From: Rhynchobatus australiae
Taxonomy: Eukaryota
NCBI GenBank assembly: GCA_034780895.1
Contig: JAUZTB010000001.1
Span: 21,964,516 to 22,028,515, forward strand
Reading direction: 5' to 3'
DNA: 64,000 nucleotides
The position numbers and the translations under genes are program-made. The notes beneath the pieces were generated by a model. That model was given only the letters and a program-made list of their open reading frames with translations. It was not told where the DNA came from and ran no database searches. Below are positions 1 through 12,450 of the stretch, one piece after another (positions within the stretch are counted from its first letter, which is position 1; the number at the start of each line of letters is the position of its first letter).

Positions 1-200
1 CAGGGTGACTAGAGGTCTCCCAGAACTCCCACATCTCACAACATGAACACACCACTGACCCAGTAGCCATTCTAACTGCTCTAGCCTGGCACTAAAGGAA
101 AAACCAAAGAAAGAAACTTACCAGAGACTTAGCTTGGCCTCTGCCTCCTCTCACTGAAGCTTCTTGAACCAAAGCCTTAAGTGCTCCACTCTAACCCTGG
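1..200 (-). mobile_element. CR1 LINE 5' end / ORF1 start
   Basis: Minus strand from ATG at 70 reads MATGSVVCSCCEMWEFWETSSHP, resembling the Cys-rich N-terminus of CR1 ORF1. It runs off the window edge. Confidence 0.6.
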
Positions 201-334
201 CCCACTCCAACAACATCCAACAATGGACAATTGTTTAATTAAGAGAAGTTAAATTATCAGAAGAAAAAATGTTGTTGGAATTCACGTGTGAGGAATTTGG
301 CAAATACAATGAACTCTTGTCGGCACATAGAGTG

Positions 335-590
335 ATGCCCTAGTGGCCATGACAAAGACTTGGCTTAGCCATTGGTAGTATGGGAATTCAAGATTCCTGG
401 CTACAGGATATTTGCAAGAAATGAGGAAGGGAAAAATAAAGATGAGTTGGTGAGTGTATGATAGTGTTGGTCAATGGTAACATGTTTCTGCGGATGGGCA
501 ACATACTAGAAGGTTGAAATTTAGATCTGTTCGGTTGGAATTAAGGATCAGAAAGGGAGCTCGTACATGAGTGCATGCAGTAGATAATGA
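335..590 (+). mobile_element. Decayed CR1 APE-endonuclease fragment
   Basis: Remnants of the VA.T.TWL, IPGY.IF and WLELR..KG motifs, with frameshifts. Confidence 0.55.
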
Positions 591-2981
591 AGACCACTCG
601 CAGGAGGTTGGGACTGTGGAAGTGGTGGGAGTAGTGAAAATCTTTTCCTGGCAGCACCTGGCTCCAGCCAGTCTTTGCTCTCTGCTGTTAATTCAGTCAA
701 TTGGCTAGAGTTTCCTTTTGATAAAAGGAGGAAGTTGTGTGGCAGTGATGTACGCTATGTTGTTTTAATGGCTCTGTAGCCTGTATGATGTGTATTCTTG
801 TCTAATGAAATGTCCATATATTCCTTTCAAACCTGAGATCTGGATATGCTTGTTTTATTTAACTTTCTGATTCGATTGCAAGTCCTGTTTTTGGTGCTGA
901 TCAACACGTCGATTAATTGAAAACCCTGACCTGCTCAAAACCATGACCATTCGGGTCACAAGGATGGAAAGAGTGACTTGTGTTTCAAGTCATAAAATTC
1001 TTTTGGTGGTCAAAGTGTTAAAATCTTTTACTTTCTTCTTTCCGATTCCAGGTAAAGCAATCTTCTTAGCTTACAAAGGAATCTTCAGTGAGCGGAATAT
1101 CCTGCTTCTTTATTATTTGCAGGTTGACTTTATTGTAGAAAATTTTCATCTGTTTTTATTCAGCTTGGAGTATTACTTGGCAGTATTTTTTTTGTATATG
1201 GTACTTAAAGCTAGTTAAAGCTTAAACAGTACAGGAAATGCAAATCATTCTCACACTGAAGATGTACAGTGACGTGATTGTGTGGCAGTATGTATGGCTC
1301 ATGGATCTGCCACATTAAAGAGCTCTTTTTTTAAAGAACAGATGAAAGCTTTTGTAAATTCAGTTAGAACTCCATTGAAGCTTCAAAGCTTATAGATTTG
1401 AATCCATTGTAAGCCTCAAACTTTGTATTTGGGATATTTATAGCAATTTTGTCTTTTTTTCCATTCTGTGAAGTTTTATGAGACTTATAACATTAATGTG
1501 CATTTAATTTGCTTTCACCTTTTAAATTCTTTCACTAATGTAAAAAAAAATTTGGCACCAAGATATGTGGCCAAATCTACATATAGCCTGATTTTCCCAT
1601 TTACCGAGTTTCTTATAAAACAGAAGTTCTTCACATTTTGTCTTTGCATTCGGCTTCAAATACAAATGAATTGTGGGTACCAGTTAAATAGTTATAACAG
1701 AGACTTTCTGAATCAAGGAATAATAACTGATGATCCCACAACTTTTGCTGATCCTTAAATGGTGCTAAAAATTCTGAAACGGATTTACTCTTCCCTGGCT
1801 TTGATGGTTGTCTGCTCCCAGCCTAGTTTTGTTGCTGATGCAGACTGAATGGGGAATTCTGCATGGGCTCTTGTCATTTAATGTTGAATTTTGGGTCCTC
1901 AAAAGATTTTATTGAGCTCTGTTGACAAGAAAATGTAAACTTATTTCTTAATATCCTAATGCATTCATTAAGATGGTATTGGCGTTTATATAGATGGCAT
2001 TCTTAGCCCGAGATCAGAATTTTCACTATTCCAGGAAGGGATCTGCGTCCTTGTCCTTTGGAATTGTAGATTGACTCACATCTGTTGCCAAAGAGCCCTT
2101 TTATTCCAAATCACTGAAGGATCCACATAATGTAGAACAGGTTGTGGCAGGAGCATAAGTTTCATGTTGAACTAGGAATTACTTGCAATAGAAAGTCTCT
2201 AATCTTGCGTGAGTATAAAAAATATACTAAAAGACCTTGACAGGTGGTTTGTCAGAGGCTGATGTTGAGCTGCATAGCAATTGCAGTGCTGAAAGTGAAA
2301 CTTTGGATTATATAAAATAGTTTAATGCTGATTCATTGCTTATGGCATTAACATCAGACCTGGAACACTAAAGGAGCATTTACCCTCTTCAGTAGCAGCT
2401 CTCCTTTCCAAAGGTTTGTCAATATTATGGCATAAGAGGAAAATTCAGGTGGCATATCCTTTACTTTCCATTTGCTTTACTTCATATTGTTGAAAAACTG
2501 TGATACTTTGGCCTTTTAACTTTATGAAGAAGTCAGTGAGCAGCTCCAAGGTAATGACAAGTTGGTCATGGTCAGCTTATGTGCTGTGAATGATTGGACA
2601 AAGCAGTTAAGAAAAGATGTATCAATATGCACAAAACTCTCAGAGCTGGGCCCATTGGTTTGCCCACAAGCTAGATTCAATGATAATAGAACCAACAATT
2701 TCCATTTGTCATTTGCTGAAGTCATAAATAAACTGAAATAAAACAATCAAACATGGTGATGTTAACATTACTATAATTGGAGGGGGAGTTGTTTGTCAGA
2801 AAGCATAAGACTTTTAAAGTACCTCTGGAAGATCTGCTGCAAAGGTGCATTTTAATGCAGCATAGCATGAGGTATATTGGGAGCACGAGGCCGCATCAGT
2901 TGAATGCACTTGCCCAAGCAGATATGTGTGGAGTTTTGATTTAGGAAATTTAGTTTCCACATGCATAATCTTGTTTGAGAG

Positions 2982-3105
2982 CATAGAACATTACAGCACA
3001 GTACAGGCCCTTTGGCCAGTGATGTTGTGCTGACATTTTAACCTGCTCTAAGATCTATCTAACCCTTCCCTCCCACATAGCTCTCCATTTCTTTATCATT
3101 CATGT
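2982..3105 (-). mobile_element. CR1/HE1-type 3' terminal fragment
   Basis: catagaacattacagcacagtacaggccctttggcc is the reverse complement of the CR1 3' tail seen repeatedly in this window. Confidence 0.75.
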
Positions 3106-3769
3106 TTTGGTCTATGGGAAACAAAATCATCACGAACCTGAAAACCGTGCATACATATATTTAAGATTTAATTCTGAATTTCTTTTTTGAATAAAGCCTA
3201 TTGACTGTGAAAGAATTATCTGGAGACCTTGGGGATATTGAGTTGGTATCTGATCTAGTAGGTGTTAGGGAAGACCCGTCAGCATAGATGTTGGAGAAGT
3301 TAGTGAAGCATACTGCATGAATCAAAGATGAATCAATTCACAACTGGCTTGGAGGTGTATTTATTCTGAATTTTGCAGGAGCTCCAGGTGAGAAGGAAGT
3401 GAACAGCAATCATTTTGAGGAATAGAATCAGGCAATATCTGGATCAAGACTGGTACCTTTTGAGGATGTTTTAGAAAAAATAATTTGGGCATGCATAAAT
3501 ATTATTGTTCAACCCCACATATATGGTCCCTTTAACAACTAGAAAAGAAACCACTGAAGAACCTTACTCTATCAGTATCTGTACATATTATTTGATTTAT
3601 TGCATGACTAAGGAGTTCTGGAAGTTAATGCAGAGAAATGAACAGGAAAGAACTCTTCTGAGGGATACGTAAGATTAGTTGTGACTATGTAAAAATATTG
3701 AGAACAGGGCTGAAATGAACTGAACGTAAGATGTTTGTATCATTTTGATCACAGGGAAATCAGCATTCT

Positions 3770-3950
3770 GGAAAGGTTAATAGCCAGAAGCCTGAGACTT
3801 TGATCCAAAGACATGAGTTTGAATCCCACCATTGCAGTTTGAGAGTTTTAAATTTAAGTAATTAAATAGATCTGGAATTTAAAAGCTAGTACCAATAATG
3901 TGAAATTACTGCATTGTTGTAAAAATCCATCTGGTTCCCTGCTCTCTTTA
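3770..3950 (+). mobile_element. tRNA-derived SINE
   Basis: B-box-like GAGTTTGAATCCC at 3815-3827; the body is similar to the copy at 62230-62570. Confidence 0.6.
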
Positions 3951-5004
3951 AAAAAAAGTTAAAAGGGTAAAGTTTCATATTGTAGGTCAAGTTTTTCTGT
4001 TAGATACTGGGCACACAAGTTAAATTATTAAACATTCATTGCTGTTAAATTGAACTGATAATTGCTACCTCTAGCTACTCTGGACTTATGGCCTTATTAC
4101 AAAATGATTGTAGTTTACTACCATTTCAATTACAAGTTCAGTTTACACTGCAGAGAATTTTTTAACTCAGAATCAATTTATACACAAAGGGCCAGAGCTC
4201 AGCTGCTTAACATGTCTTGGAGCAAATAATAGAATACATGAGGTAAAAGCAAATGACATGAAGGGGCTATTTGTGTCTCATTCTCAACATTGTTCTGCCT
4301 CAGCTAGATATCAAGATCTGAGTCATTAAGGCAGAATCAGCATTAAACCCTTGGAAAGTTTAATGAAAATATAAACTGTAAATACTGAGCAAGGCATCAA
4401 TAATCTCGAAGACCTATCTCAATTTTGGATTTAAAGAATGTGTACTTTTAGTGTGTAAATCATTGGGAGAAAAAGGGGCAGAGATTCTAAAGGGATGCCT
4501 TTAGATATCAGGGTAAGATGAAATACCTTCAGCTGGCTCAAGCATGGAGGTATTATACAGTTGAAGTGTAGGAACATAACAGTAACCTGGCCTTTATTTT
4601 CCAGGTTTTATCAGGTATCTGGCTTCTAAATGGGAGTTCCCATTATTAAATGTAGCTTTGAGATGTAGACTTTAGATTTTGAGTCACTCAGCTGCTGAAA
4701 GGGGAAACCAGGAAAGTAANNNNNNNNNNNNNNNNNNNNNNNNNNNNNNNNNNNNNNNNNNNNNNNNNNNNNNNNNNNNNNNNNNNNNNNNNNNNNNNNN
4801 NNNNNNNNNNNNNNNNNNNCTAGTAATGCCTCTTCTGTGTAGAACTCCAGGCTCACTATTTGACATGATGGTAGGCACTTCCAGTTGCAACATGATTTCT
4901 GGTATATTTCAATCATGTGAGATATACCAGAGGCTCCTGCCCTAATAGTTGATAGGCGTTTTGTGACAAAGGTTGTTTAAAAAAAAATGCAAAATGAGAT
5001 AGAT

Positions 5005-5280
5005 TCAAAGAACTGTCTTGTGTTTATGTAAGGCCACTCATGACTTCGGGATATCCTAAAGTGCTTTGTGCTCTTGGCTTTCCTTGATGTTTTATGTCTA
5101 TTTCAGACATCAAACCAGGCCTTAGTTTAATGTTTCAAGCTAAAAAGAGCTACTCTTAACAGTGCAATACCCTTGGTCCTGAATCGAAGAACCATGCTGG
5201 ATTAAGACCTGAAGCCTTTTGGAATGAGACTAGAAAACACAATTTTCTAGCACAAAGTGAAAGTGATACAATTGAGACAA
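5005..5280 (-). mobile_element. Degenerate DeuSINE (SacSINE1-like)
   Basis: Reverse-complement similarity to the copy at 53378-53755 and to the Deu-domain pattern. Confidence 0.5.
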
Positions 5281-8200
5281 GTTTATTAGGACAGGTAGGT
5301 GCAGTTCATTGTAGAAAATATGAGGTGCTACATCATGGAAATTAGAATAAGGAAACAAAATCGATCTCAAATGGCAGGATTTTATACAAGGTAATAAAAC
5401 AAGTANNNNNNNNNNNNNNNNNNNNNNNNNNNNNNNNNNNNNAGGAAGCCCTTTGGTTATCAGAACCTAGTCCATGTAAAGCAAAAACTATGTGAGCCAG
5501 AGGATAAACTAAGTAAAATAAATAAGAAAATAACAGATTAGACAACTTTTGAAAGCACTTAAAATCATTGCTTCAGATTTTGTACATCTTCCATTTCCAG
5601 CCTAACTCTGCTAACTCTGGAAGTTATAGGGAACAGGGACTTGTTTGTGAGAGCATCAAAAGGTTTGGGAACATAGCCTACCAACAAGGATCTGCATACT
5701 TTGTTAAGTATGACTCAACTCAATTAATACAGTGATGATTCTTGTTTTGTTCCAAATCCACATGACTAAGAATGTTACGTGTTTTATGAGAAGTTTGGGT
5801 AATGTATACATAGGGTGATCACTCAGGAAAATATAAGGTAATATAGCTGGTGTTGCAATGCAATGGAAATTGAAGGGTTATTTCATTGTCAGAGTAAATA
5901 TGTACATAGTGCTGCTTTGTTACATTCACTCCAATTTCCTGTCACAATCTATGTTTTGCATTGGTACTGTTTCGTGAATCCCATGGATTTCCAAGGCAAA
6001 CAGTCAAATATTTTTTTAACTTGTTAGTCCAAATTAACAAATTAAATTTACTGAAACTTCAGAGAATTTATTTAATGTGGTAAAATTAGGATAATTTGAC
6101 CTAATTGGAGAGACTTGGTATCTGCACACTATGTTCTTTTTAGGACACTAATATAAAGCATAGGGTACAGAGCATATGATCACTGGAATAGCATTCATAT
6201 AAAAATTAACTTTATATTTTGACATGTTTAATGGTTCTTTTGCTGTTGATGTAGATTTAGACCTCCCATTTAAAGATAAAGGATCAATATTTAAACTGAC
6301 AGGTTGCTCAGATCTGAAAAGTACTGCTTTGTCTTTATTTAAGTGAGGGGATATTAAGGCTTTCAATGATCAAATCTCTACAGCAAAAACCCAAAGTATT
6401 TGTAATGAAATGGGAAAGTTAAAATACTGCACACCCAGTAACTCTCATTTGAAACTATTTGATGTGCCTGGGGTTGTGTTCACTGAGGCAAATTTCAATT
6501 ATTTTCAGCAAACTTACTTATAATTTCATGGGAGGTTAAGGCTGCCCTTAATGTTGGAAAATTNNNNNNNNNNNNNNNNNNNNNNNNNNNNNNNNNNNNN
6601 NNNNNNNNNNNNNNNNNNNNNNNNNNNNTTTTATTTACAAATGTGGGGAAATGACCATTTGAAAAAGAGGTAGTAATTCGAACACCTACACAAAAATGTA
6701 CTTTCCATTTTCTTGGGGGATCAAAACTTCTAGCAAGAATTCCCCAAAGGGACCAACCAAGTCTCCAAGGGCTTGATCAGACCTAAAAGCTCTCATTGTC
6801 GCCTGAGCTCTTATTCAAGTGTTTCAGTGCTTTTAAAAGCATGTTAAACTCAGGTTCAAATGGTCAGAAAGGATTTGCTTTATATCCATTGGGACTAATG
6901 ATGACATTTACCGCCCCCTCTATCTCTCCCAATCTACTGAAGGATTGCTAATTTGTTGGAGATCATACCGTTTTGTATAAAGAATCTTCCATATTTTGCA
7001 GAAAAATTGCCAAATACAGATTTATGAAACATTAATATCTGCTCTTTCATCTGGGATTGGCTGACAGATCTTTAAATTCCACTTTTTAAAATAGTTGTCC
7101 CAATTCAGCTGCAAGAAACAGTCACAGGATGTGCAGTCTCTTTTTCTTTGTGTGATGCATGCAGTCTGTTTTCAGGTCAGACTCACATCCTGAAGAAATA
7201 AGAGAATGCAGAAAACTGGAGTTCAGCTGTAGTTCAGGAAACTGGCATCACAGTCCTTTTCTGACTACATCCAGTTCTGATTCACAGTTATTTTCAAAAT
7301 TCCTGCTAGCTGCTTTATTTTGTCAAAACGAATGTCAGCAATGCACAATTGGTCAGAATTCCAATTGCGATCATCGAGATGGACAAAAAAAAGCTGCTAA
7401 AGTTATAACAGGAACAACTACGTAGCAGAAGCCTTTCATTATCAGATATTTATTTCCATAATTTTATTTTGCTAAATTATTAGCAATAGGATATTTAAGG
7501 TAGGGAGTGTCACAATAAGTAGATTTATTTTTAAAGTTACTTGGCTTGAGTTATCAACTTAAAGATGAGATTTAACCAATAAAGATGAGATTTCACTTTA
7601 GTCTCAGCCTCTGTGAACAGAGTTTTAACTTTAGATATTCCACAACACTGACTGAAGTAAAAGCTTGTCTTTCCTCTCCTGAGCCTTTGGAATTTTTGTG
7701 GCAAAACCAACCTTTATAATTTGGCAGTTCTCAGTCCTGTACAGCGAGACGATTGGAGGAATCACAACCAATTTCAAACCAGTTCTTGTTTGAGAGCTAA
7801 ATGTGCTCTTTCTTACAAGGGTCACCGAAGTTTAAGCAAAAGTACAAACTCAGTATTTTCTTCTTCTGCCTGCATTCCAGCAGCAGTGGGACTTGATGGT
7901 AGTGCTCCAAATACTGGCCCTGCAGAGACTGTCCAAATCAGCTCGTATCCAGAATCTATCTGGTCTAGATAACTGAGTTCTACACAGGCGATAAATTTAA
8001 TTAACAGACCAGCTAAGTTACGACTGCCAATAGTGAATGATAGAACAAAAAAAACAAACTGTTGAATAACTCAGCGGGTTGAGCAGCATTCGTGAGGGGA
8101 AAATAAATTCTTAATGTTTCAGGTTGAGACCCTGCATCAGGACTGGGTGCAGAGGGAAGGTAGCCGGTATAAAGAGGAGAGGGTGAGGGGTGGGACGGGC

Positions 8201-8339
8201 CAGTGGGTGAGCGAAGGATGATGGGCAGATGGCCCCAGGTGGGGGAGAAGGGAGGGGTGGAGTTGGGAGACAGGCTCAGGGAAGCGATAAGTGGAAATGG
8301 ACAAGGTTAAAAAAAACAGCTAATGGAACCCCCTGGGTT

Positions 8340-8416
8340 TGTCTCTCTCTCTGTCTCTCTCTCTGTCCCCCTCCCTCTCTCTCCCCCTCCTGTCTCTGTC
8401 TCTCTCTCTCCCCCCC
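8340..8416. repeat. (CT)n-rich microsatellite abutting an assembly gap
   Basis: Directly visible. Confidence 0.9.
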
Positions 8417-8633
8417 NNNNNNNNNNNNNNNNNNNNNNNNNNNNNNNNNNNNNNNNNNNNNNNNNNNNNNNNNNNNNNNNNNNNNNNNNNNNNNNNNNNN
8501 NNNNNNNNNNNNNNNNNNNNNNNNNNNNNNNNNNNNNNNNNNNNNNNNNNNNNNNNNNNNNNNNNNNNNNNNNNNNNNNNNNNNNNNNNNNNNNNNNNNN
8601 NNNNNNNNNNNNNCACCATTTTCCCTCTCCGTT

Positions 8634-8671
8634 CAGTCCTGATGCAGGGTCTCCACTGAAAATGTCAACAG
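8634..8671 (+). ncRNA. Degenerate minimal type I hammerhead ribozyme motif (Penelope-associated); mirror copy on minus at 8111-8145
   Basis: CAGTC-CTGATGCA-GGGTCTCCACT-GAAAATGTC: core-like CUGAUG and GAAA around a stem-II remnant, then a GUC triplet. It deviates from consensus and activity is unknown. Confidence 0.4.
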
Positions 8672-9189
8672 TTCCTTTCCCCCCCACAAGTACTGCTCAA
8701 CCCACTGAGATCCAGCAGTTTTTTTGCTCCAGATTCTGGCATCTGCAGTCACTTGCTTCTCCAGTAGTTAAATGTTACTTGGTGAATGTCATATAATCTT
8801 TTAATAGCCTTTATATCATCAGAAACTAGCTTCTCTTTATCAATTATCAAAAAAATTAACTCTGATTTATTTGCTTCTGCAGTACTGATAGCAAATGGTT
8901 AAAAAGGAATTACTGAATCAGATGTTAGAAGGGAGCCTGCAATAACTGTCCACCTGCAGTGGTAGAATACCTAGTGAAAGAACTTCATCCTCAGTTTAGA
9001 GAAGTAAACCTGGTCTGACCAACTCAGCTACTGTCCTGGATCAGGAACCCAATGATTTTAAGACTACAACCTATTAAACACCAATAGATAGAGATCTGCA
9101 AAAAGATTAGAATGGAAGAATCTTAAATGTAATCACAACTTTTACTAAGTGACTTTTAAAAAGGACTGAATATGACAGCTTAATAACAT

Positions 9190-9730
9190 CATTAAAATAG
9201 CAAACAAGTAATTGTCTTTATTTCTAAAGAGATTAAATGGAAAAGTGAAGTTGTGTTGAAGTTGTATCTAAGGTTGGCTAGACCACGCTTGGAGAACTCT
9301 GTACAGGCTTATTGCCATATTATAGAAACCCTGACTGGGATGCAGAACAATTTTCAAAGATAGTATCAAACATTTAAGATTACATCCATCAGGATTGGAT
9401 AATCAGGCTGGATTTCTTTATTTCTCATAAAGAGGTTGAGAGGTCTTCAAATTGTAAGTGTTTTGATAGAGTGGACACAGTGCAAGTGTTGCCACTTTTG
9501 GGGGTGTCGGGGTAGGAGTAAAATTTGGGGCCATTGATACAAACAATCAAATGGGGAATTTAGAAGAATCTTCTCTAACCAGAAAGTGGTCAGAATGTGG
9601 AACTTGAAACCACAGGGAGTGGTTGAGGTGAATGATGTGAATGCACTCGATGAAAAGTTGCACATTTCTGAGGGAAAAGGGAATAGAGATTTGCAGTGAT
9701 ATTTTGATGAGGCAGAATGGGAAGAGAATC
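9190..9730 (+). mobile_element. Old CR1 ORF2 C-terminal/3' fragment
   Basis: Remnants of LKLY..L.RP.LE..VQ and of the RR.FF.Q.VV..WN 3' region. Confidence 0.7.
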
Positions 9731-9844
9731 AAACCAATCGTAAAGTTGGCTCATGTTGGTTGGTTGGGATATCTTTTATTTGTTTTGCATCTTTTATATT
9801 TCTAAAGAATGTATTTAAATGGGTAATGTTTTAGGAAAATACAC

Positions 9845-9983
9845 TTGACTCTGTATTCTGGTATTGTTTTCACCCTGTACTACCTCAATGCACCGTGTAA
9901 CGAATTGATCTGTATGAATGGTATGCAAGACAAGTTTTTCACTGTACCTCGTTGCAAGTGACAATAATAAACCAATACCAATA
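9845..9983 (+). mobile_element. LINE 3' terminal fragment (Rex/Babar-like tail)
   Basis: Ends ...ttttcactgtacctc...gtgacaataataaaccaataccaata, a short-repeat LINE tail. Family assignment is from recall. Confidence 0.5.
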
Positions 9984-10102
9984 ATGACAGCAAGCATTTA
10001 ACAGGCTTTGGCTGTACAGGTATTCCTGTTGTAAGCCATTTTGACAGCAATTAGTCCCACACTAAGGGAACCCTGGTGTATTTATGTGATGCTTTGAGTG
10101 AT

Positions 10103-10266
10103 GGGCAGCATAGTGAAGGACAGTTAATGCTGTTGCTTCACAGTTACAGAGACCTGAGTTTAGTCCGGACTAGGGTGCTGTCTGTTTGGAGTCTATATAT
10201 TCTCCCCATGACTTTGTGTGATTCTGCTGGGTTCTCTGGTTTCCTCCACATCAGTAGGATGTGTTA
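10103..10266 (+). mobile_element. HE1-like V-SINE
   Basis: tRNA-like head followed by V-domain-like gggtgctgtctgtttggagt...ttctcccc...ggtttcctcc. Confidence 0.7.
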
Positions 10267-10619
10267 AGTGATGACTTTTTCNNNNNNNNNNNNNNNNNNN
10301 NNNNNNNNNNNNNNNNNNNNNNNNNNNNNNNNNNNNNNNNNNNNNNNNNNNNNNNNNNNNNNNNNNNNNNNNNNNNNNNNNTTTCAGTATTTTCCTTTTG
10401 TGTTTCAGGACTCAGATGGTCAGAGAATAGTCAATGTTCCTCGCTGGTCTTCTTTCAGTCTGCCACATTGACTCATTGAGACAGGACACCTACTTAAGGG
10501 AATGATAGAGCCCTGGGACGACTCTCAGCTATCTTTCATCAGCTATCATAATCCTGTTAAGTTCCATCTCTGCCAGCAGTGCTCCACGAAGACGTCTGAA
10601 ATTGTGGTAATAACCACAC

Positions 10620-11120
10620 AGAACTTCCCTTGGTCACAGATGAGCTGCACATTCAGGGAGTAAAGTAACTTATGATTGAGTAATGTTTCAAAATTACTGG
10701 AGGTGATCTCAAGATGATGTAAGAGCAGTCAGTATCTCCCTGCAATAATAGGCAAGCTGCAATTCTGGTCAATCCACAGCCATTCTTTCTGCCAGTTGTT
10801 TCTTCTCAAGGAAGGAGATAGTTTGGGTTCTCTGTGATACCCCTCATTCAATAGCATGCTACAACTTGTACACTACTGCTGGTATACTTTGTACCACACT
10901 GGAAAGTACCAGACTTAGAGAGTTATGATCTTTGTCACCTTTCCTGTTGCTGGCGATGCTGTTCTGGCCTTGCAGATGTGGCTACAACTTTCCTGAGAGA
11001 AGTGGAGGTCTCTTACTGCCTTGCTCCTCAGCAATGCAAAAAGATGAACTGTTCCCTCAACATAAATGGTGGAAGAGCATCCGTTAAATGCCCTCTTCCC
11101 CTCCTCTTCCTCCTCCATTT
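10620..11120 (-). mobile_element. Decayed PIF/Harbinger (HARBI1-like) DDE transposase
   Basis: Minus-strand pieces in the expected order: KVT...SGTFQ, LQGDTDCSYIILRSPP (cf. QGAIDCTHV.LRAP), LNHKLLYSLNVQLICD (cf. NRKGFHSLNVQLVCD). Frameshifted. Confidence 0.65.
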
Positions 11121-12369
11121 TCTAATAATTAATTGTGCTTTGTGATCTCTTTCTTGGTTTTCTCAAAAATACCTAAAAGAAGAGGAATGAACACAAAAGC
11201 CCCATATCTGCTAGCGACAGCATTAGGTTAAGGCTTGGAGGTCAAGATAGATTCCTAACTCCTACCAAACCACTCACTGTAGATTTCTGAAAGTCATGAC
11301 AGTACTTCTGTGTAACCAGCTCAATTTCAAATCATCCACCAACAAACCCGCAAGTAATTAAAGATTATTTTAATCAGAGAAAGTATCAGATGGGACATTG
11401 CTCCTGTTAAAAGCTGTCTTCTCTCTGAGAGGTGACGAAGTGGCATTACTGAGGTCCACTTGGCACTGTTGGCCTGCCCTGCTGAGTAGCATCATGGTCT
11501 GTCTACTATGCAGGTGAAAGTATTATGTGCATCACTGCCAACATGGTGGTCAGCTCAAGACACATCTCAAATACATGTACGTACATAAAATCTCAGCCAA
11601 ACTGGTATCCATTGCACCCAAAGAAAAGCACTATGGAGGCCAATTGCATCTCCATGGGGTCCAGGATGATGAATGGCATAGAAACAAGAAATGGAGGTAT
11701 AGGCTGGGAACTGAAATGTACCAGTTAAATCCAGGCAATCAACTAAAGTAAAAGCATGGTTAAGTATAAAAGGAGTATAATAAATATTATCACAGTTATT
11801 GGGGGAAAATGAAGAAACCAAAATAGATAATATTCTTATTTGGGTATTTTACAATGTGTTGCAATGGTATAAAATTTGCAGTAGCAATTTAAAAATCTTT
11901 GTTAATGCAATTTTAAGGGGTTCTTGAACTGCACTGCGTGAGCTGATGTACCAGACTAAGAACAAGTGGCCCAGGAGAAACAGAATTCCCAGGGGTCTTC
12001 TGTAGTGCAAGGATTAATTAGCTTTAACTAGGAAATTTCATTCGGAGAGACCATAAGAATAGCAAATGATACCGCCACTTTGGTATGTTATGGGAAGCTC
12101 TCCTGGAATGTGATTAAAGCACATTAGAGAGCACTATACCCAGCTCTGGGTGAAAAGAAGCAGGAGTGATAATTACACACCATTTTTCCCATTAACTTTT
12201 CCCTAGAGTCTCCTGCCATATCAGGGAAGTTGCTGCAGTTATAAAAGGAATTCAACACCATACTGAACGGTAATGTACCTTCCCAAGAAATGCCTGATAC
12301 TGTCCTTATGTGTAAAAATTGTTTTCCGTCTATTTCTCCAACACTGTAACACATTGATTTGATTAGCAT

Positions 12370-12450
12370 AAACAGAGAGAGAGGAGGAGAGAACGAAGAA
12401 AAAAGAGACAGAGACAGACAAACTGACAGAAGGAGAAAGAGAGGAAAAGA
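12370..12450. repeat. GA-rich low-complexity tract
   Basis: Directly visible. Confidence 0.8.

Larger units (their letters stand above)
8043..8760. mobile_element. Penelope-like-derived element with inverted terminal arms, internal (CT)n and an N gap
   Basis: About 8045-8200 and 8615-8757 are inverted copies (gagaccctgcatcaggactg / cagtcctgatgcagggtctc; ctcagcgggttgagcagca / tactgctcaacccactgag). Same family as 32065-33135, which adjoins GIY-YIG coding sequence. Confidence 0.7.

Noticed and set aside
943-1758. Short ORFs of 91 and 96 aa (and most other ORF-track entries)
   Set aside because: No recognisable domain or exon structure; expected by chance in AT-rich intron.
7560-7593. Direct repeat taaagatgagattt x2; similar micro-duplications near 45445 and 51845
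   Set aside because: Only two units; ordinary slippage, not an array or CRISPR.
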